Positions 1 through 13,227 of a stretch of 64,000 nucleotides of DNA are shown piece by piece. Source of the DNA: Chiloscyllium plagiosum (Eukaryota). The position numbers were made by a program, and so were the translations under genes. The DNA is taken from contig NC_057720.1 in assembly GCF_004010195.1 (NCBI RefSeq), positions 25,038,736 through 25,102,735 on the forward strand, read 5' to 3'. Positions within the stretch are counted from its first letter, which is position 1; the number at the start of each line of letters is the position of its first letter. The notes below the pieces were generated by a model. The model was not told the DNA's origin and ran no database searches. It saw only the letters and a program-made list of their open reading frames with translations.

Positions 1-800
1 CGAGAGGGCAGTGGAGGCCCAGTCTCTGGATTCATTTAAGAAAGAGTTGGATAGAGTTCTCAAAGATAGTGGAATCAAGGGTTATGGAGATAAGGCAGGA
101 AGAGGTTACTGATTAGGAATGATCAGCCATGATCATTTTGAATGGTGGTGCAGGCTTGAAGGGCTGAATGGCCTACTCCTGCACCTATTGTCTATTGAAG
201 AGAAGTGACCTGATTGAGGTGTACAAAATAATGAGAAGCATGAATAGAGTCAATAGCCAGAGACTTTTCCCCAGAGTAGGATTGACTGACATGAGGGGTC
301 ATAGTTTTAAGGTGTTAGGAGGAAGATTTCGAGGAGATATAAGAGTTAGGTTCTTTACGCAGAGAGTTGTGAGCACGTGGAATGCGTTACCAGCGGTGGT
401 GGTGGAAGCAGAGTCATTAGGGACATTTAAGCGACTGCTGAACATGCACATGGATATCAGTGAATTGAGGGGTGTGTAGGTTAGGTTATTTTATTTTGGA
501 TTAGGAATAATCCTCCGCACAACATCATGGGCTGAAAAGCCTGTTCTGTGCTGTGCTTTTCTATGTTCTAAAAGGAGATTTGAAGGGAATTTGCAGAACA
601 ACCTTTTCAAACAGAAGGTGGTAGGAGTCTGCAATGTACTGTCTAGGACGATAACTGAACTCGAATCTTCACAGCCTTTAAAAGTTACTGAAAGTGCCAT
701 ATCGTTAAAGACTATGGGCCTAGTGTGGGAAAGTGAGACGAGTGTAAGTAGTAGTATAAATTTGGTAGTATAACCTCAATGGGCCAAAGAACCACTTCTG
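1..800 (+). mobile_element. Stack of CR1 LINE 3' end fragments (about 1-197, 198-568, 570-800)
   Basis: DLIEVYKIM...FFTQRVVSTWNALP is the CR1 ORF2 C-terminus; CR1-type tails (gaatggcctactcctg; cctgttctgtgctgt). Confidence 0.85.
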
Positions 801-849
801 TAACAAATGATTTTATGACTGATGTGGAAAAAAAAATTAGGGAAACTGT

Positions 850-1580
850 TGCTTATCACCCAAAGCTGAATGATGTCCAGGTCTTTTTGAATTTGCACAT
901 GAACTGCCTCTGTATCTGTGGAATTGCAAATGGTACTGAATATAGTGCAGTCATTAGCAAATGTGGAGGGAAAGTAATCTATGGAGGGGGTAAAGGTAAT
1001 TGGGGCAAGGACACCACCCTAAAAAATTAGGGTCTTGTAACACAGTAGTACTGTCCCTACCTATGAGCCACGAGACCTGGGTTCAAGTCCACCTATTTAA
1101 GATGTGTGTAATTACCATCTCTGACCAAATTGATTAGAAAATTATCCACCCTGGGAAACTCCTGTGGAGATATCCTGGGAATGAGTCGACTTGCTTGAGG
1201 CAACCACAGCCATCTTCCACTGTGTTTGCAATGACTCCGACCAGTGAATTGTTTTCCTGTGATGCTCAGGCTCTTTGATGTCGTCAAATGTACCCTTGAT
1301 TTTAACGGTCACTGTTGCTGACATATACTGTTTAGCTCTTCTGGTCATGTTTGGACCAAACCTGTCATGAGGTCAGGAACTGAGCTGGTTTGGTGGAATC
1401 CAAACCTAGCATTAGTGAGTGTGATTTTGTTGAGTAAGTGCCACTTAATGACCCAATTTAATGACCCTTTCAATCACTTTGCTGATCATTAAGATGGGAT
1501 GGAAATTGACTGGGTTGGACTTATCCTGCTCTTTGTGTACAGGACATACCTGGGTATTTTCCACATTGCTGGGTAGCTGA
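850..1580 (-). mobile_element. Decayed CR1-group LINE RT fragment, interrupted by a short SINE
   Basis: Collinear with 32540-33060 of the larger copy. Confidence 0.7.
1021..1145 (+). mobile_element. Short tRNA-derived SINE
   Basis: B-box GGTTCAAGTCC near 1080; flanked by direct repeat ccaccct (1014-1020, 1146-1152). Confidence 0.65.
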
Positions 1581-2444
1581 GTATAGCGTATAAATCTTCT
1601 AATTAATTTTTAATTGAGATGCATAAATAAACTGCATAAATATATTTGAGGGTGAGGAAAATTTACTGAAGACTTCTGAAATGTAGTTAGTTTAAGGATA
1701 TCGAGAATGTGCCTTGCAGATTCTGGGGATTGTCATTTGATGAGTGAAAAGAAATTGGTTGGGATAGTTTCTAACTTGGTAGCTCAACTCTGGCTCTTTG
1801 TGATAGGTTTCAGTCTATGACATATAGATTTCTGTGATTGATTGCCTAGTATTTTCCAAGTTCCAGCCAAAGTCTGTAGAACCTCTAACTAAACCTTTGA
1901 TAATTTGAACCACATACAGCAAAATTAGGACAATGTCAAATTTATTTCCTAACATTATGCTTATATAAGTACAATTGTTGCTGGTGAGAACACACACTTT
2001 GCTTGTAAATCTTTCTGATATGGTTTTGTGAAATCAAACTGTTTTTCAGATGGGTTGATAATATTATCCACAGTTTAGTTTTCCTACACTTATTATCATC
2101 ATAGTAGAATATCAAAGACATTGAAAAGGGGCATTTAAAATGACCAACAGTTGTTAAACTGTTCAAAATATGACATGTGCAAAGGTTTCACTACCCTCTG
2201 CCAAATTAAAAATACACTGAACCTTTCAGTAATATCAAAAATGTAGGAAAAATATAATTCAGTGATCCATTATGATAGAAAAGTTAAATTGTCAACAGAG
2301 ACTAACTTGATTGAAGAAACTTCTGAGTGAAATAGTGAGATCTGTTATTAAACATACTTTTTTTTTGAGGTGGGTATGTTCAATGAACTTGTATTGAACT
2401 GTCATCTTTATGTTGATTTGTTTATGGTTGGGTTAAGTGTCAGC

Positions 2445-2818
2445 TGATTGGTCAGAAGATTGTGGGTCTAAATTCCCTTCAAGTACTGAAGGAATGTTGC
2501 AATGTCAAAGTGCTGTCCTTCATATGACAAATTAAACTGAGGTCTGTCTAATCAGTGAAAATGGAAATAGTCTTGGAATATCGTGGTGGTATGTATGTTA
2601 GAATGGTATTCTAGTCCACATTTACTTCAACAGAAAGCAATAAAAATAAATGATCGGATTGCTTGTTTCAGTTGCTGTTTATGATATATGCCTAGTTTAG
2701 TTATTTTTGCCTATAGAACAATAAGTGACAATATTTAAAAAATAATTTGTTTTGTTCTAAAGTACTTTGGCATACCATGAGCAGGTGAAAGCTACAATGT
2801 AAATGCACATTTGTTTTT
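2445..2818 (+). mobile_element. Decayed Deu-domain SINE (SacSINE1/AmnSINE1-like)
   Basis: agtactgaaggaatgttgc...ttaaactgagg...aaagtactttgg...tgtaaatgca resembles recalled DeuSINE body and tail. Confidence 0.55.
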
Positions 2819-2961
2819 TATCTTCAGCCTATCTCACTGTTTTATTGTCTGGAGGAAGAGCAGTACCACTTGAAACTAGATTTAGCATGAGTAAGAGTTT
2901 CCCTCTTTTCTAATTGCATGTTTATTACTTGTTCAGTGAAATGATTGTAAATGTTTCACAG

Positions 2962-3132
2962 GATGATTCTACTGGAGAGCTGATTTTTGATGAAGTATTT
3001 CACGCACTCTCAAAGTGCTTAGTGGAATTGCTGCGACCATTTAAAGTCCCGGGTACGGACATAGTGTTTCAGCCAGAGATCTACATTACTATTCTCGCTT
3101 ATTCTTCTATTATAGGACTTCAGTCTCACCAG
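2962..3132 (+). CDS. SZT2: SZT2 exon A (first exon found in window), [20 protein letters not shown]...[10 protein letters not shown]
   Basis: cag|GAT acceptor, CAG|gtgagc donor, 171 nt, phase 0-0; matches recalled human [20 protein letters not shown]. Confidence 0.95.
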
Positions 3133-4198
3133 GTGAGCACTTAGTTATCTTTAAAAGTTTCTCTGCCTCAGGCTGTTGATTATGAAATTATTGCCAGTAT
3201 TTTGTTTAGTGAAAAACAGCGATGTCTTTGGACTTGATATATGACTAACTCCCCTCTGCTGTCACTGCCAAAAAAGTCACTGCATCTGGTTTTATTTCTA
3301 AAACTGAAATACACTTGATTCATACACAAAAGTGTACTTTCAGGGGGCAGGTACTGTGCCAAGCTTGTATATATGGAAAGATCTTTACTTTCATTTCATG
3401 CAGTTTAATATGGCTACTTTATCCGTCAATCCAAAATTGCATAATTATTCTTTTTCTTCATTCTTCCTCCTGCTGTTATTCTTTCTTTCTAAAAGCAGGA
3501 GAATCTTCTGCTGGCTGCTCTGACAACTGGCAATTTTCACTGCTATTTTGACAGACTAGATAAAACTTGAACCAGGAGGACAGAGAGTCAGATAACTGAA
3601 ACAGATTTGAGTTTAAATCATTTGCTTTTGGTCTCTCAGTGATACAACAGAGCACATCTTTCTTTTCCTTCCAGAATCTGAGTTCAAATCGCATGGAAAG
3701 TGAACAAATGATAATTTTCCTCCATTCGTTGTAATAATATCAAGTAAAATCATTTTCAGTGTTGAAGCTTTAGGTCAAAAATTGAGAGAGTTTAATTTCT
3801 AGATGATGCTAAATGAATTGGTTTGCTTTTGTACAGAATGAAATGTAACAGCTCAAGGGTAGAGTAAATATGCAATATTCAACAGGCAAAAATTAAATTA
3901 TTGTTTGGTTTTAGACTTCTTGTTTTAAATATGTGCTATATATAAACTGGCAATGCATGATATTGAAATTTGATAGAAAAAGGTAGAAGTGGACTATGTA
4001 TCCCAGTGTAGATAATTTCTTACCCTGTGACGTGACATTTTTGTACAAATCTGTGTTTTTGACAAAATTAGTCACTGTTCTTTACTTAATTTTATAATTC
4101 TTCCTTCTATCTGCAAATGCCTATGTAATTGCTTGTGTGCACCTGCAGTAGAGATATTTGTACGTAACTCTTCTGATCTTTGCATATATGTATTGTAG

Positions 4199-4330
4199 GT
4201 TCTAGTACAAGGCTGTTTATTGGACCGAAGTAGCTTGGATACTTTCCTTCAGCATATCTATCAGCAGTTACGAGCATTTGAAAACAATGTAGCTGAAGTT
4301 CTTCAACAGTACTACAAGCCCAAAATGCAG
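4199..4330 (+). CDS. SZT2: SZT2 exon [25 protein letters not shown]...YKPKMQ
   Basis: tag|GTT, CAG|gtcagt, 132 nt, phase 0-0. Confidence 0.93.
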
Positions 4331-5056
4331 GTCAGTGTCTCTTTGAAAGTGGAGGGAGAAAGAAATTCCGTCATCTAAGTATCCTATATGTTATTACCAC
4401 CAATTTGTCATCTCTGAGAGGCTGGTGTAAGATATAGATTTCATATTTTATTTGGTTCAGTACAGAGCACTTTTCATGTGAAGAGTTAGTACATCATGTT
4501 TGAATATTGTAGAAGAAGTAATGTTGTCTTAATCTGTCCCAAATTTGAATTAGAAAAAGAGCATATGTTCTATTCTCTCCACCTAAACATGCTACATTTG
4601 AAGCAGTAATATTTTTGACCTGAATGTGCAGGAAAATTCAATATCTCTCATCTGTCAAAATGAAGAGTCACATTATTAATTCTCAAGCAACTGGCAGTGT
4701 ATGACTACAACCCTTAAATAATCCCAGTGCAACAGCCTTGCTTAGTGATAAACCTGTGTTTTACTGCTCCAGCATATCATGTGTGGCAGTACAAAAATGT
4801 TCTTTTTTCTCCGTTCACCACCAACCCAGGAAATTAGCTTCCAATTCTTTGGAATTCTTTCCAATCTTACAAAGGATAAACTACATATTAACCAGCTATC
4901 TCCCTTAGAGGGAAATTCAGGTGAACTGATCCAGTGAGCTACAAATGTAACACAGCCTTGATAGTAAAGATGTGTGTAAATGGTCAGAACTTCACCTTTG
5001 TATTGGTAGTTGCTCCTTTTGGTTTCCTATCTAATCTTTAATCTCTTAAATCACAG

Positions 5057-5216
5057 TCTGATAGGCCCATTTTATCCCAAGGGGATGCTAGTGACTTCTA
5101 TGATCAGTCTTCGCGCAAGATGACTTTTTCAATGGTAACACCAGATATGGGACTCGTCAACATGATCCGCAATGGAATCCTAGCACTTCAGCTGCTGCCA
5201 TTTAACTCCAGTGCAG
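5057..5216 (+). CDS. SZT2: SZT2 exon C, SDRPIL...GLVNMIRNGILALQLLPFNSSA
   Basis: cag|TCT, CAG|gttaat, 160 nt, phase 0-1. Confidence 0.9.
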
Positions 5217-5531
5217 GTTAATACTTTGTGTATATACATCTTTATAATTTGAGTTATAAATCCAAGTCAATCTGATTCTTGTTTTAATTTTTGTCAATAG
5301 GCTATTGCTTAGTTTAAATCTCAACAAGATTGATTTGTGGTTTTAAAGGTTCAGAAGATTAAGTTGGAACATATTGAAAATTGTGAGGGCCATGCAAACT
5401 GCAATCCAGGTGTTGACACCAAAAGTTCATAGTCCTTAGATAATATAGAAGCTCACTCTTCAGCTAACTTAATGTGATGTAAATGCTGTATTATTTCAAG
5501 GTTTGCATGAATGACCTTACTTTTCTTACAG

Positions 5532-5638
5532 GTATAATAATCATCACTGATGGTGTAACAAGTGTACCAGATGTCGCAGTGTGTGAAACATTGTTAAACC
5601 AACTGCGTGGTGGCACAATTGCTTGTTCTTTTATACAG
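5532..5638 (+). CDS. SZT2: SZT2 exon [37 protein letters not shown]
   Basis: cag|GT, CAG|gtgatc, 107 nt, phase 1-0; near-identical to recalled human peptide. Confidence 0.95.
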
Positions 5639-5726
5639 GTGATCATATATTTTTAAGTAATGCCTTTGAATTCAATAGACCAAACTGCTTCTGTAGTTCT
5701 ATAAAAATTGTCGTGTTCCTTTATAG

Positions 5727-5928
5727 GTTGGAGGTGTGTATTCGTATGATTGCAGCTTTGGTTATGTACCAAACTTGGAGTTAATGAAGTTCATTGCCAT
5801 GGCAACGTTTGGATCCTACATGTCCACATGCCCAGAAAGCAGCCTCAATATGAATGCATACCACAAAGCATTTCTACTATACAGCTTTCTGAGACCTGGA
5901 GAATCAATGAACCCAGAATATTACTGTG
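5727..5928 (+). CDS. SZT2: SZT2 exon [23 protein letters not shown]...NPEYYC
   Basis: tag|GTT acceptor; best frame-compatible donor is G|gcaagt (GC donor); 202 nt, phase 0-1. Confidence 0.9.
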
Positions 5929-6018
5929 GCAAGTATATCTACAAGAAGTTTGTTTATTTAATTCCATTTGGTGTCTGGCCTTTCTATTCCTTAATTATTT
6001 GTTTTTCTGTAAATCTAG

Positions 6019-6189
6019 TGTCCCAACATAAACTGTTCAATGAGCACCTAGTGTCTGCCAGCAGTAATCCCGCACTGGCCATGAGACGAAAGAAACATGC
6101 TGAGAACGAGGTGCATGCAGACCTGACCAGTGTTGTCTCAGTACGATTGCGTGAGGGCTACACAGTGAAGGAACTTAATATCACTAAAG
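6019..6189 (+). CDS. SZT2: SZT2 exon [27 protein letters not shown]...ELNITK
   Basis: tag|TG, AAG|gtaaac, 171 nt, phase 1-1. Confidence 0.95.
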
Positions 6190-6741
6190 GTAAACAAATA
6201 TTGCTAAAATGTCAGAACAATCTGGAGAAGAAGCAGTGCGAAGGGCAATGATTTGAAGGGTTGATATATCTGGGATTGGCACATAGACTGCATTAGATCA
6301 GGTTGGATAATGTTATGGAGTAGAACCCCAATAGATTTGTTGTCAGCATGATCATGATTTGCAAATTGTGACTATAGGGAAGTTTTGTGGCTCAGATAGT
6401 AAACCCCCTGCCTCTGAACCAGAGGCTTTAATTCTATTGTTAACCAAAGAAGGAGTATTCACAACATGGCCAACCAGCAACCTGCCGGGCCTGCCAACGT
6501 GGCAGTTAGATAAAGACTGATTCTTGGTTTGCTATGCTTGATGCAGAATGATACCTCTCAAGCTGTAAACATTTGTCCCTGAACAGAGAAGAAATAGTTA
6601 TGGTCCATCATGTACAGTAGGTAATTATGGATGACTGGAAACTGTTATTAAGAAACCACTATACCAAGAATTAGATTTTACAGTGCCATTTGTCACAATA
6701 TTTATCATGAATCTGATGAGCTTAGTTTCAAATCGAAAGCC

Positions 6742-7070
6742 TTGCATTTCTGTCATGCCTTTTGTGACTGCTATACCTCTCTAAACACATTAGAGTCAGT
6801 TAAATACTGTTTGAAGTGTAAATGTGGCAGCCAATTTATGCACAGTAAGCTCTCACAAGCAACAATATAATAATGACCACATAATCTGTTTCGTAGTATT
6901 GATAGGAAAGAAATGTATCAAGGCATGTGGGCTAACTCCCTGTTCTTCAAAATATTGCATTGAGATCTTTTATAAACAACTGTGAGGTAGATTTGACATC
7001 TGTTTAAGGCTGGAAAGCAGCACCTTACACCTAACAGCACTTCTTCAGTCCTACACAATAGTATCAGTCT
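6742..7070 (-). mobile_element. Decayed Deu-domain SINE
   Basis: Reverse complement of DeuSINE body (ggcagccaatttatgcacagtaagctctcacaagcaacaat...tgaccacataatctg). Confidence 0.65.
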
Positions 7071-8364
7071 TATAACAGTTACCAAATATTCTGAAAAGGA
7101 TTGTCTTCGTTTAGAGCATTTTTTGGTCCAAGCCCCAAAGTGTTTTTTCAACCTGTTATGATCCTAGCATATGGGACTGCTAGACAAATCAGGCTCCAGA
7201 ATGAAATTCAGTCTGATAATCTTGTTTTAATTTTAGATAACAGTGTAGTTATTCAATAAGGCATAGCCATACAAGGAGGTAGAGTTTCTTTAATAACAAT
7301 ACTGAAGTTTATCACACAAAAGATGAAAGCAAAGAAAAAAAGCAAATAAAAACTATGTAGATACAAAATACAATTAGGAGAAAAGGTCTTAGAACCACAC
7401 TGCAAAATAAGGTTTTGATTTATGCCCAAGACCATGACTATACAATGATTCAAACACAGCAAATTTACTCCTCTATATCAAATCTTTAAGGTTAATATGG
7501 CAGGTTCTCCCCAGTCCTTTCCTGTGAACTATGAAGTCTTTTTGTATAAATATTCATAGACTTTCTCAGCACTCCTGTCCTAAACGTTTCCACTGAGGTA
7601 ACTGCTTTCCCCAAACTGTTCTGTACTTTTTTAGGAATGAACCTATATTTGCTTCTGACTCCATTCAGCCCTCTCACCCAAAAACTGTCAATCTCTGGGT
7701 TTTCTAAGGTAAAATCAGTTTTTGTTTGTCATGTTCCAAAACCAAGCGAATGACTCTCAGTATTTACCCCACCTATCATAAACCATCACAATCAAAAAAC
7801 ATTCTTGCATTAACACTCATGGAGTTCATGCTGTTTGATGCATATTAGGTCACTGTCTGGAAGCATTGCCTGACCTAGATTTGTTCTTTTAACCCTTCAG
7901 AAGAGAAACCAACCCTATATGCCATTAATTTGAAAACAAGCTACATCGCAACCATTGAAGTACTTTAGTGCATGTGAACAAAGTTACCTGCTGTGTAGAA
8001 AACTGACAATGTAGACCAGTGCTGTAGAAGGACCATGCAGTTTGAGTGTGATTAAAGGAATTCTTTTGTTTATTACTTTTTTCTCTTGGTATTTTGCATG
8101 TTACGTAAGGTTGCCATAATGATTCTTGATCATCTTGATATCAATCAGCACTTTTTGGATTTGCAAGGTGATTTTATAGCCTGATTCCCGCTCTCCCCAC
8201 CCCTTTGCCCGCCACCAACTCTCCCCAATTATCACAATTGAGAATCAGCACCAGCACACGCTAGCTTGCCAGCACCCATGGTTGGGTATTTTCAGCCCCA
8301 AAAGGAAATCATATTTATGGCTTTTAAATTTATATTCCTCTATTCATCCTCCTTTGGAGTTTAG

Positions 8365-8596
8365 GTGGAACTCAATTGGAAGTGAAACTGATGCTGCTAT
8401 GGAAACACAATATGAGAATTGAATATCTTGTGGTAGCATCATGGCCTCTAGATGCAGCTAAACGCTTAACCTGGGTGGAGGTAACAATGGAGGGCAGCTA
8501 TGATATGCTTCATGACATTAGCTGCACGATGAGGAAACCAATAACCAGTCCATATCGCACCACAGTTATCCGGCGGTTCTGGAACACACTGCAGAG
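8365..8596 (+). CDS. SZT2: SZT2 exon [22 protein letters not shown]...RRFWNTLQ
   Basis: tag|GT, GAG|gtaagt, 232 nt, phase 1-2. Confidence 0.95.
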
Positions 8597-8747
8597 GTAA
8601 GTAATGGAATTGTGTGACAAAAAATGAAAATATTGTGTATTTGTCAGAATAACAGAACATGTTTTCTTGAGTGGAGGGGGAGGGGCATGTTTCTTCCTTG
8701 TTGTTAAAGAAAAAAATGGTTAATGTGTGTCTCATGTACTTTCATAG

Positions 8748-8877
8748 TATTAATCAAACGGATCAGATGCTGGTTCATCTCAAATCCTTCAACACTATCC
8801 CTGAGCATTACACCATCCCAGAGAGCACGAAGAATGGGGTTCCATTATTCTACATCCCACCAGGATCTACCACTCCG
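8748..8877 (+). CDS. SZT2: SZT2 exon [13 protein letters not shown]...[10 protein letters not shown]
   Basis: tag|T, CCG|gtattg, 130 nt, phase 2-0. Confidence 0.95.
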
Positions 8878-9419
8878 GTATTGTTTAGTCAAACATCAGT
8901 TTAAACTAATATATTTCAAAATCATTGACTACATAAATATTCTGAGCAAAGTGATTCTGTGGATTTCTATTTCAATCATCTCCTGTTTATTCAAGGAAAA
9001 ATTAAATTTTGTGAGGTTATACGAAAGCAGCAAAAGAAAAAAATGTGTATGGTGTTTGCTTGATCTAGCATATGCGTGCTTTTGGATATTGGCTGTCACT
9101 ATATAAATCCAAATTCCTTCTATCCATGTATGTTTTAAAATCATTTTGATATTGGATGTAAGTCAGTAAGAATCCACAGTTCTTGAAAAATTGTTGAATC
9201 AATCTTGCAAATTTGTGTGCTTGCAATATTGGGGATAAGGGTAACAGATGGAGAAGGGGAGAAATGGTCAGCTTTTTAAATGCCTGCCAAACGTATTCTG
9301 ATTGAGCCACTGCTATCTAGATAAAATTTATGGCTGTGGTTAGAATACACTCAAACATTTATCAATTCATCATGTCCTAAAATTAAATATTTTCTATTCA
9401 GTAATTAACCTGATGGGGT

Positions 9420-9897
9420 ATGCCCTTAATGGGCCTTGGAGGGATCCAGAGGAAGTTGACAAAAATGATCCCAGGAATGAAGGAATTGTCATTGAGGAAC
9501 GATTGAGGATTTCTGGGTCTGTACTCAGTGGGGTTGAGAAGGATGAGTGAGGATCTGATGGAAACTTACTACTGAGAGGCGTAATAGAGTGGACATGGAG
9601 AAGATGTTTCCACTGGTAGTAAAGACTCAGACTCACAGGCATTGCCTCAGAAGGAAGGGACCCTTTAGAACTGAGATGACGAGGAATTTCTTCAGCCAGA
9701 GGATGGTTGATCTGTGAAACTGACTGACATAGAATACTGTGAAGTGTATTTAAGACAGAGGTTGATAGGCTCTTGATTAATAAGTGATCAAAGATTACAA
9801 GGAGAATGGGATTGAGAAACACATCTGCCATGATTCAATAGTGGAGTAGACTCGATGAGTGAATGGCCTAATTCTGCTCCTATATCTTATGGTCTTA
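9420..9897 (+). mobile_element. CR1 LINE 3' fragment
   Basis: gaggaatttcttcagccagaggatggttgatctgtg and tail gaatggcctaattctgctcctatatcttatggtctt. Confidence 0.8.
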
Positions 9898-10599
9898 ATG
9901 CCAATATTAGTTGTGATTTAAGGCATTACATGATATAATTAATTTGGAAGACTAATAATTATAAGACAGTAAAGCATTGGTCTTGTGAGTCAGGCTTATT
10001 TTTTGCTTTTGTACAACTTGACCACTGTGGGCATCAGAATGTTTGTTTTTAGTGATTTCATACTTGATTAGAAAGATGTAAGTTGTTGAAAGTATAATTT
10101 CATCTTGTTTTCTGCAATGAACAATGCAGAAAGTTTAATCGCATATGGGCTATGGTAAGATCTGGTGCTTCCTCATGTTTTATCAAAGCTAAGATAGGAA
10201 ACTCTGAAATTACATGATCAGATAAAATATATAAATAGGACAAAATATCACAAAAGAAATTAAATGTGGATGTGTTAAAGTGCTGCTGGTTAAAAGAAAA
10301 GATGGGTACTGCATGTTCATTAATATGTTGAGACAGGTAAAGATTAAGAGATTTTGACAAAATCAGTGGTAATTTTATATCCGTCTAACATGTAGTGGTC
10401 AAAGCTGATAGAAAATTAAACTATGTGGTCAAAACAGTACAAAGTAAATCATGATAAAATCCACACAGTACTCCAGTCAAACTGCAGCTTTAATATATTG
10501 TGCATTACTACCATTTCTGTTCTTGATCTGCTGCAGTCTTTCAACAAAACCCAATGCAAACTGGAAGAACAATCCCTAATTTTCTGCTTAGACATTTTA

Positions 10600-10945
10600 C
10601 AGAATTCATGGCTCAATATTGAGTTCAATAACTCATTCCTCCACTTTGATTGCAAACTCCCCACCCTCTTATTTGCATGGGTTTGCTCCCAGCAAAGTTG
10701 ACCTTTTTTTCTGTTCATACCTATTCTGCATCTATATCTCTACTACCATTGACATTGTGTTTTGCTGTGGGCACCCTCAGCATCTGTTTGGCTAGCGCCT
10801 TCTCCCTTTGGCAACAACATAAAAACTATCATTTACTATTTCCCTTTGATTTCAAAGAAGGATCCTACTGGACTTGGAAACATTAATTCTGTTTCTCCAC
10901 AGATATTGCAAGACCTGATGAGTATCACCAGCATCATCTTTTTAT
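10600..10945 (+). mobile_element. Decayed Penelope-like 3' terminal region
   Basis: gaagg...gaaacattaattctgtttctccacagatattgcaagacctgatgagt resembles the terminal repeats at 19163-19310 and 22835-22925. Confidence 0.5.
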
Positions 10946-11112
10946 ATCAAATGTCTAAAATGTGTTCATTGTGAATTAGAGGGAGCAATTCTAGTACTGG
11001 TGCACAATATAATTGTCTAGATTATGAAAAATCTATTGAATTACTTTGCTTTCTTCACCCTTGAATGGAGGTTTCTGCGAGGGGTCCTATAGATGTGAAT
11101 AAGATGGTAAAC

Positions 11113-11910
11113 ATAGAACAGTGCTGCACAGGAATAGGCTCTTTGGCCCACCATGTCTGTGCCGAGTATGGTGCTGGCCTAATCTAATCCCACCTGCCTG
11201 CACATAGTCCATATCCCTCTCTTCTATGCCTGTTTATGTATCTGTCTAAATGCCTCTAAACATTGCTATCATATCTGCTTCTACCACCTCCACATGCAGT
11301 GCATACTAGGCAACTATCACCCTCTGTATGAAAAACCTTTTCCTTGCATAGATGGGCTGATTCTGCTCCTATGTCTTGTGGTCTTACCTCCTTTAAACTC
11401 TATCTGTCTCTCTCTCTCTGTCTCTCCCACTCTTTAAACATATTCCCCCTAGAATTTGTTATGTTCACCTTGGGAAAGACACTCTGTTAATCGACCACAT
11501 CCATGTCTCTCAAAATTTTATATACTTCTCAGGTCCCCTCTCAGCCTTCGATGCTCTAGTGAAAACAATTTAATTTAGTCCAACCAGTTGTTATTGCTAA
11601 TATACTCCAATCCAGGCAACATTCTGGTAAACCACTTCTGCACCCTCTCCAAAGCCTCCACATTCTTCCTATAGTGTGGTGACTGGAACTGTGTATCACA
11701 CTCCAAATGTGGCCTGACCAAAGTCTTCATTGTAACATGACTAGCCAGCTTTTATATTCAGTGCTCCAACCAATGAAGGCAAGCAAGCCATATGCCTTTT
11801 TTACCACATTATCCACTTGTGCTGCCACTTATAGTGGGCTATGGCCTTGGAACCCAAGATCCCTTTGCATATCAATGCTCCAAAGGATCTTGCCATTTAC
11901 AATATAATAG
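11113..11910 (-). mobile_element. CR1 LINE 3' fragment
   Basis: Begins catagaacagtgctgcacagg (tail, reverse complement); body is antisense CR1 ORF2 C-terminal sequence. Confidence 0.8.
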
Positions 11911-12498
11911 CATAGTTACAGTACTGTAACTTATTGAAAAATAAAGTTTAGAAATTAACATTGATCTAAATTGTAAGAGGATGATGAACCACCAATTTAA
12001 AATCTTACGAAATAAATTTAGGTTTGAAAATCTTCAAACACAGAACAATCAATAAATGAAATGAACTTCCAATTAAAGTAATGGCGCAAAAAAAATCTAG
12101 AAAACTTTAAGGACCAATTTAAGTCCCTAAAGCTTAAGGGGTGTTCTGGATGGAAAAACTAAGATGAAGCACCTCAAAGAACAAACACATCGCAGTAGGA
12201 AACCACTTTGCTCTTTGAAAGAATTATCCAATCATCTAATGTAACTTTTTTTCTCAGCTATGAATGGGAAGGAAATTTATTTCGGGAAAGGTATTTTGTG
12301 GTGAGAAAGCACTTCTCTCCTACCATGCTGTTTCATATCACTGCTGCTATTTTTTTGGAGTAATTAGCTGTTCTAAAGCATGCATTTTGTAGAGTGTTTA
12401 TGTAATATTAGATTGCTATAGTTTAGATTTGTGTTGTTTAATTGTGTATGTTTTGATTATATAGAAGTTTGCTAACATTGATTTTGTGGCTTCCTTAG

Positions 12499-12644
12499 GT
12501 GCTGTCATTGCAACACAGTGGCTCTAAGGACTCCAGCCAGTCCCAGTTTTCCTCTTACTGGAAGCCTATCTTGTCTATGGATGCCAGCTTCTGGCAGCGG
12601 TGGCTTCATATGCATCGCATTGGCATACTATTGGAACATGATAT
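12499..12644 (+). CDS. SZT2: SZT2 exon I, VLSLQHSG...[17 protein letters not shown]
   Basis: tag|GTG, AT|gtaagt, 146 nt, phase 0-2. Confidence 0.95.
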
Positions 12645-12923
12645 GTAAGTTGGTATTATATTCACTTGATTTAATTTAGTCAATGTATACTCACCTCAGA
12701 TTTTCAAGAGATGGGAAGCAATGTTTTTCCCATTCTAAATTGTTAATATTATGATTTTCTTTCCAAGAAGTTTTTTTTAAGCAATGAAAAAAAATCTCAA
12801 TCTAAAGACGATATGCTTTTAATCTGTGTGTGCCTCAGACATCAGTAAACATAATGACGTATGACTTCTGTTCCACATTGTTTCATTGGTTGTTTTAAAT
12901 GTGGTTTTTCTTCTTCCCTTTAG

Positions 12924-13076
12924 TCCAGTGCCAAAACATATCCATACGCCAGGAAGTAATGGCCGCTACAGTACCATCCAGTGTCGTATCTCTCTCTCTG
13001 CACTAACATCCCTCCTGCGGGATTGGAGCAGTTTTGTGCTGGTAGAAGGATACTCCTATGTTAAGCTTCATTACAA
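12924..13076 (+). CDS. SZT2: SZT2 exon [24 protein letters not shown]...[10 protein letters not shown]
   Basis: tag|T, AA|gtgaga, 153 nt, phase 2-2. Confidence 0.95.
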
Positions 13077-13227
13077 GTGAGAATTCATTTACCTTAATGT
13101 TATACAGTTTAGTGAAGCTAAAATCCTTGGTTTTGCAGAGCCCATGAGGGCACTGTCATGCATATTGTTCAGGACTGACCATGAATAATAGCATAACACT
13201 AAGTGTGTAATTGTTTTGTAGGTAATT

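Noticed and set aside
2828..2890. Possible extra exon (cag|CCTATC...GA|gtaaga) with QYHLKLDL loosely like SZT2 QYRFVIELDL
   Set aside because: In-frame TGA, weak similarity, and the pyrimidine tract comes from a SINE tail
7150..7800. Possible solo LTR starting tgttatga (similar starts near 39860 and 54609)
   Set aside because: I could not define a CA end, TSD, primer-binding site or partner LTR, so it is left uncalled
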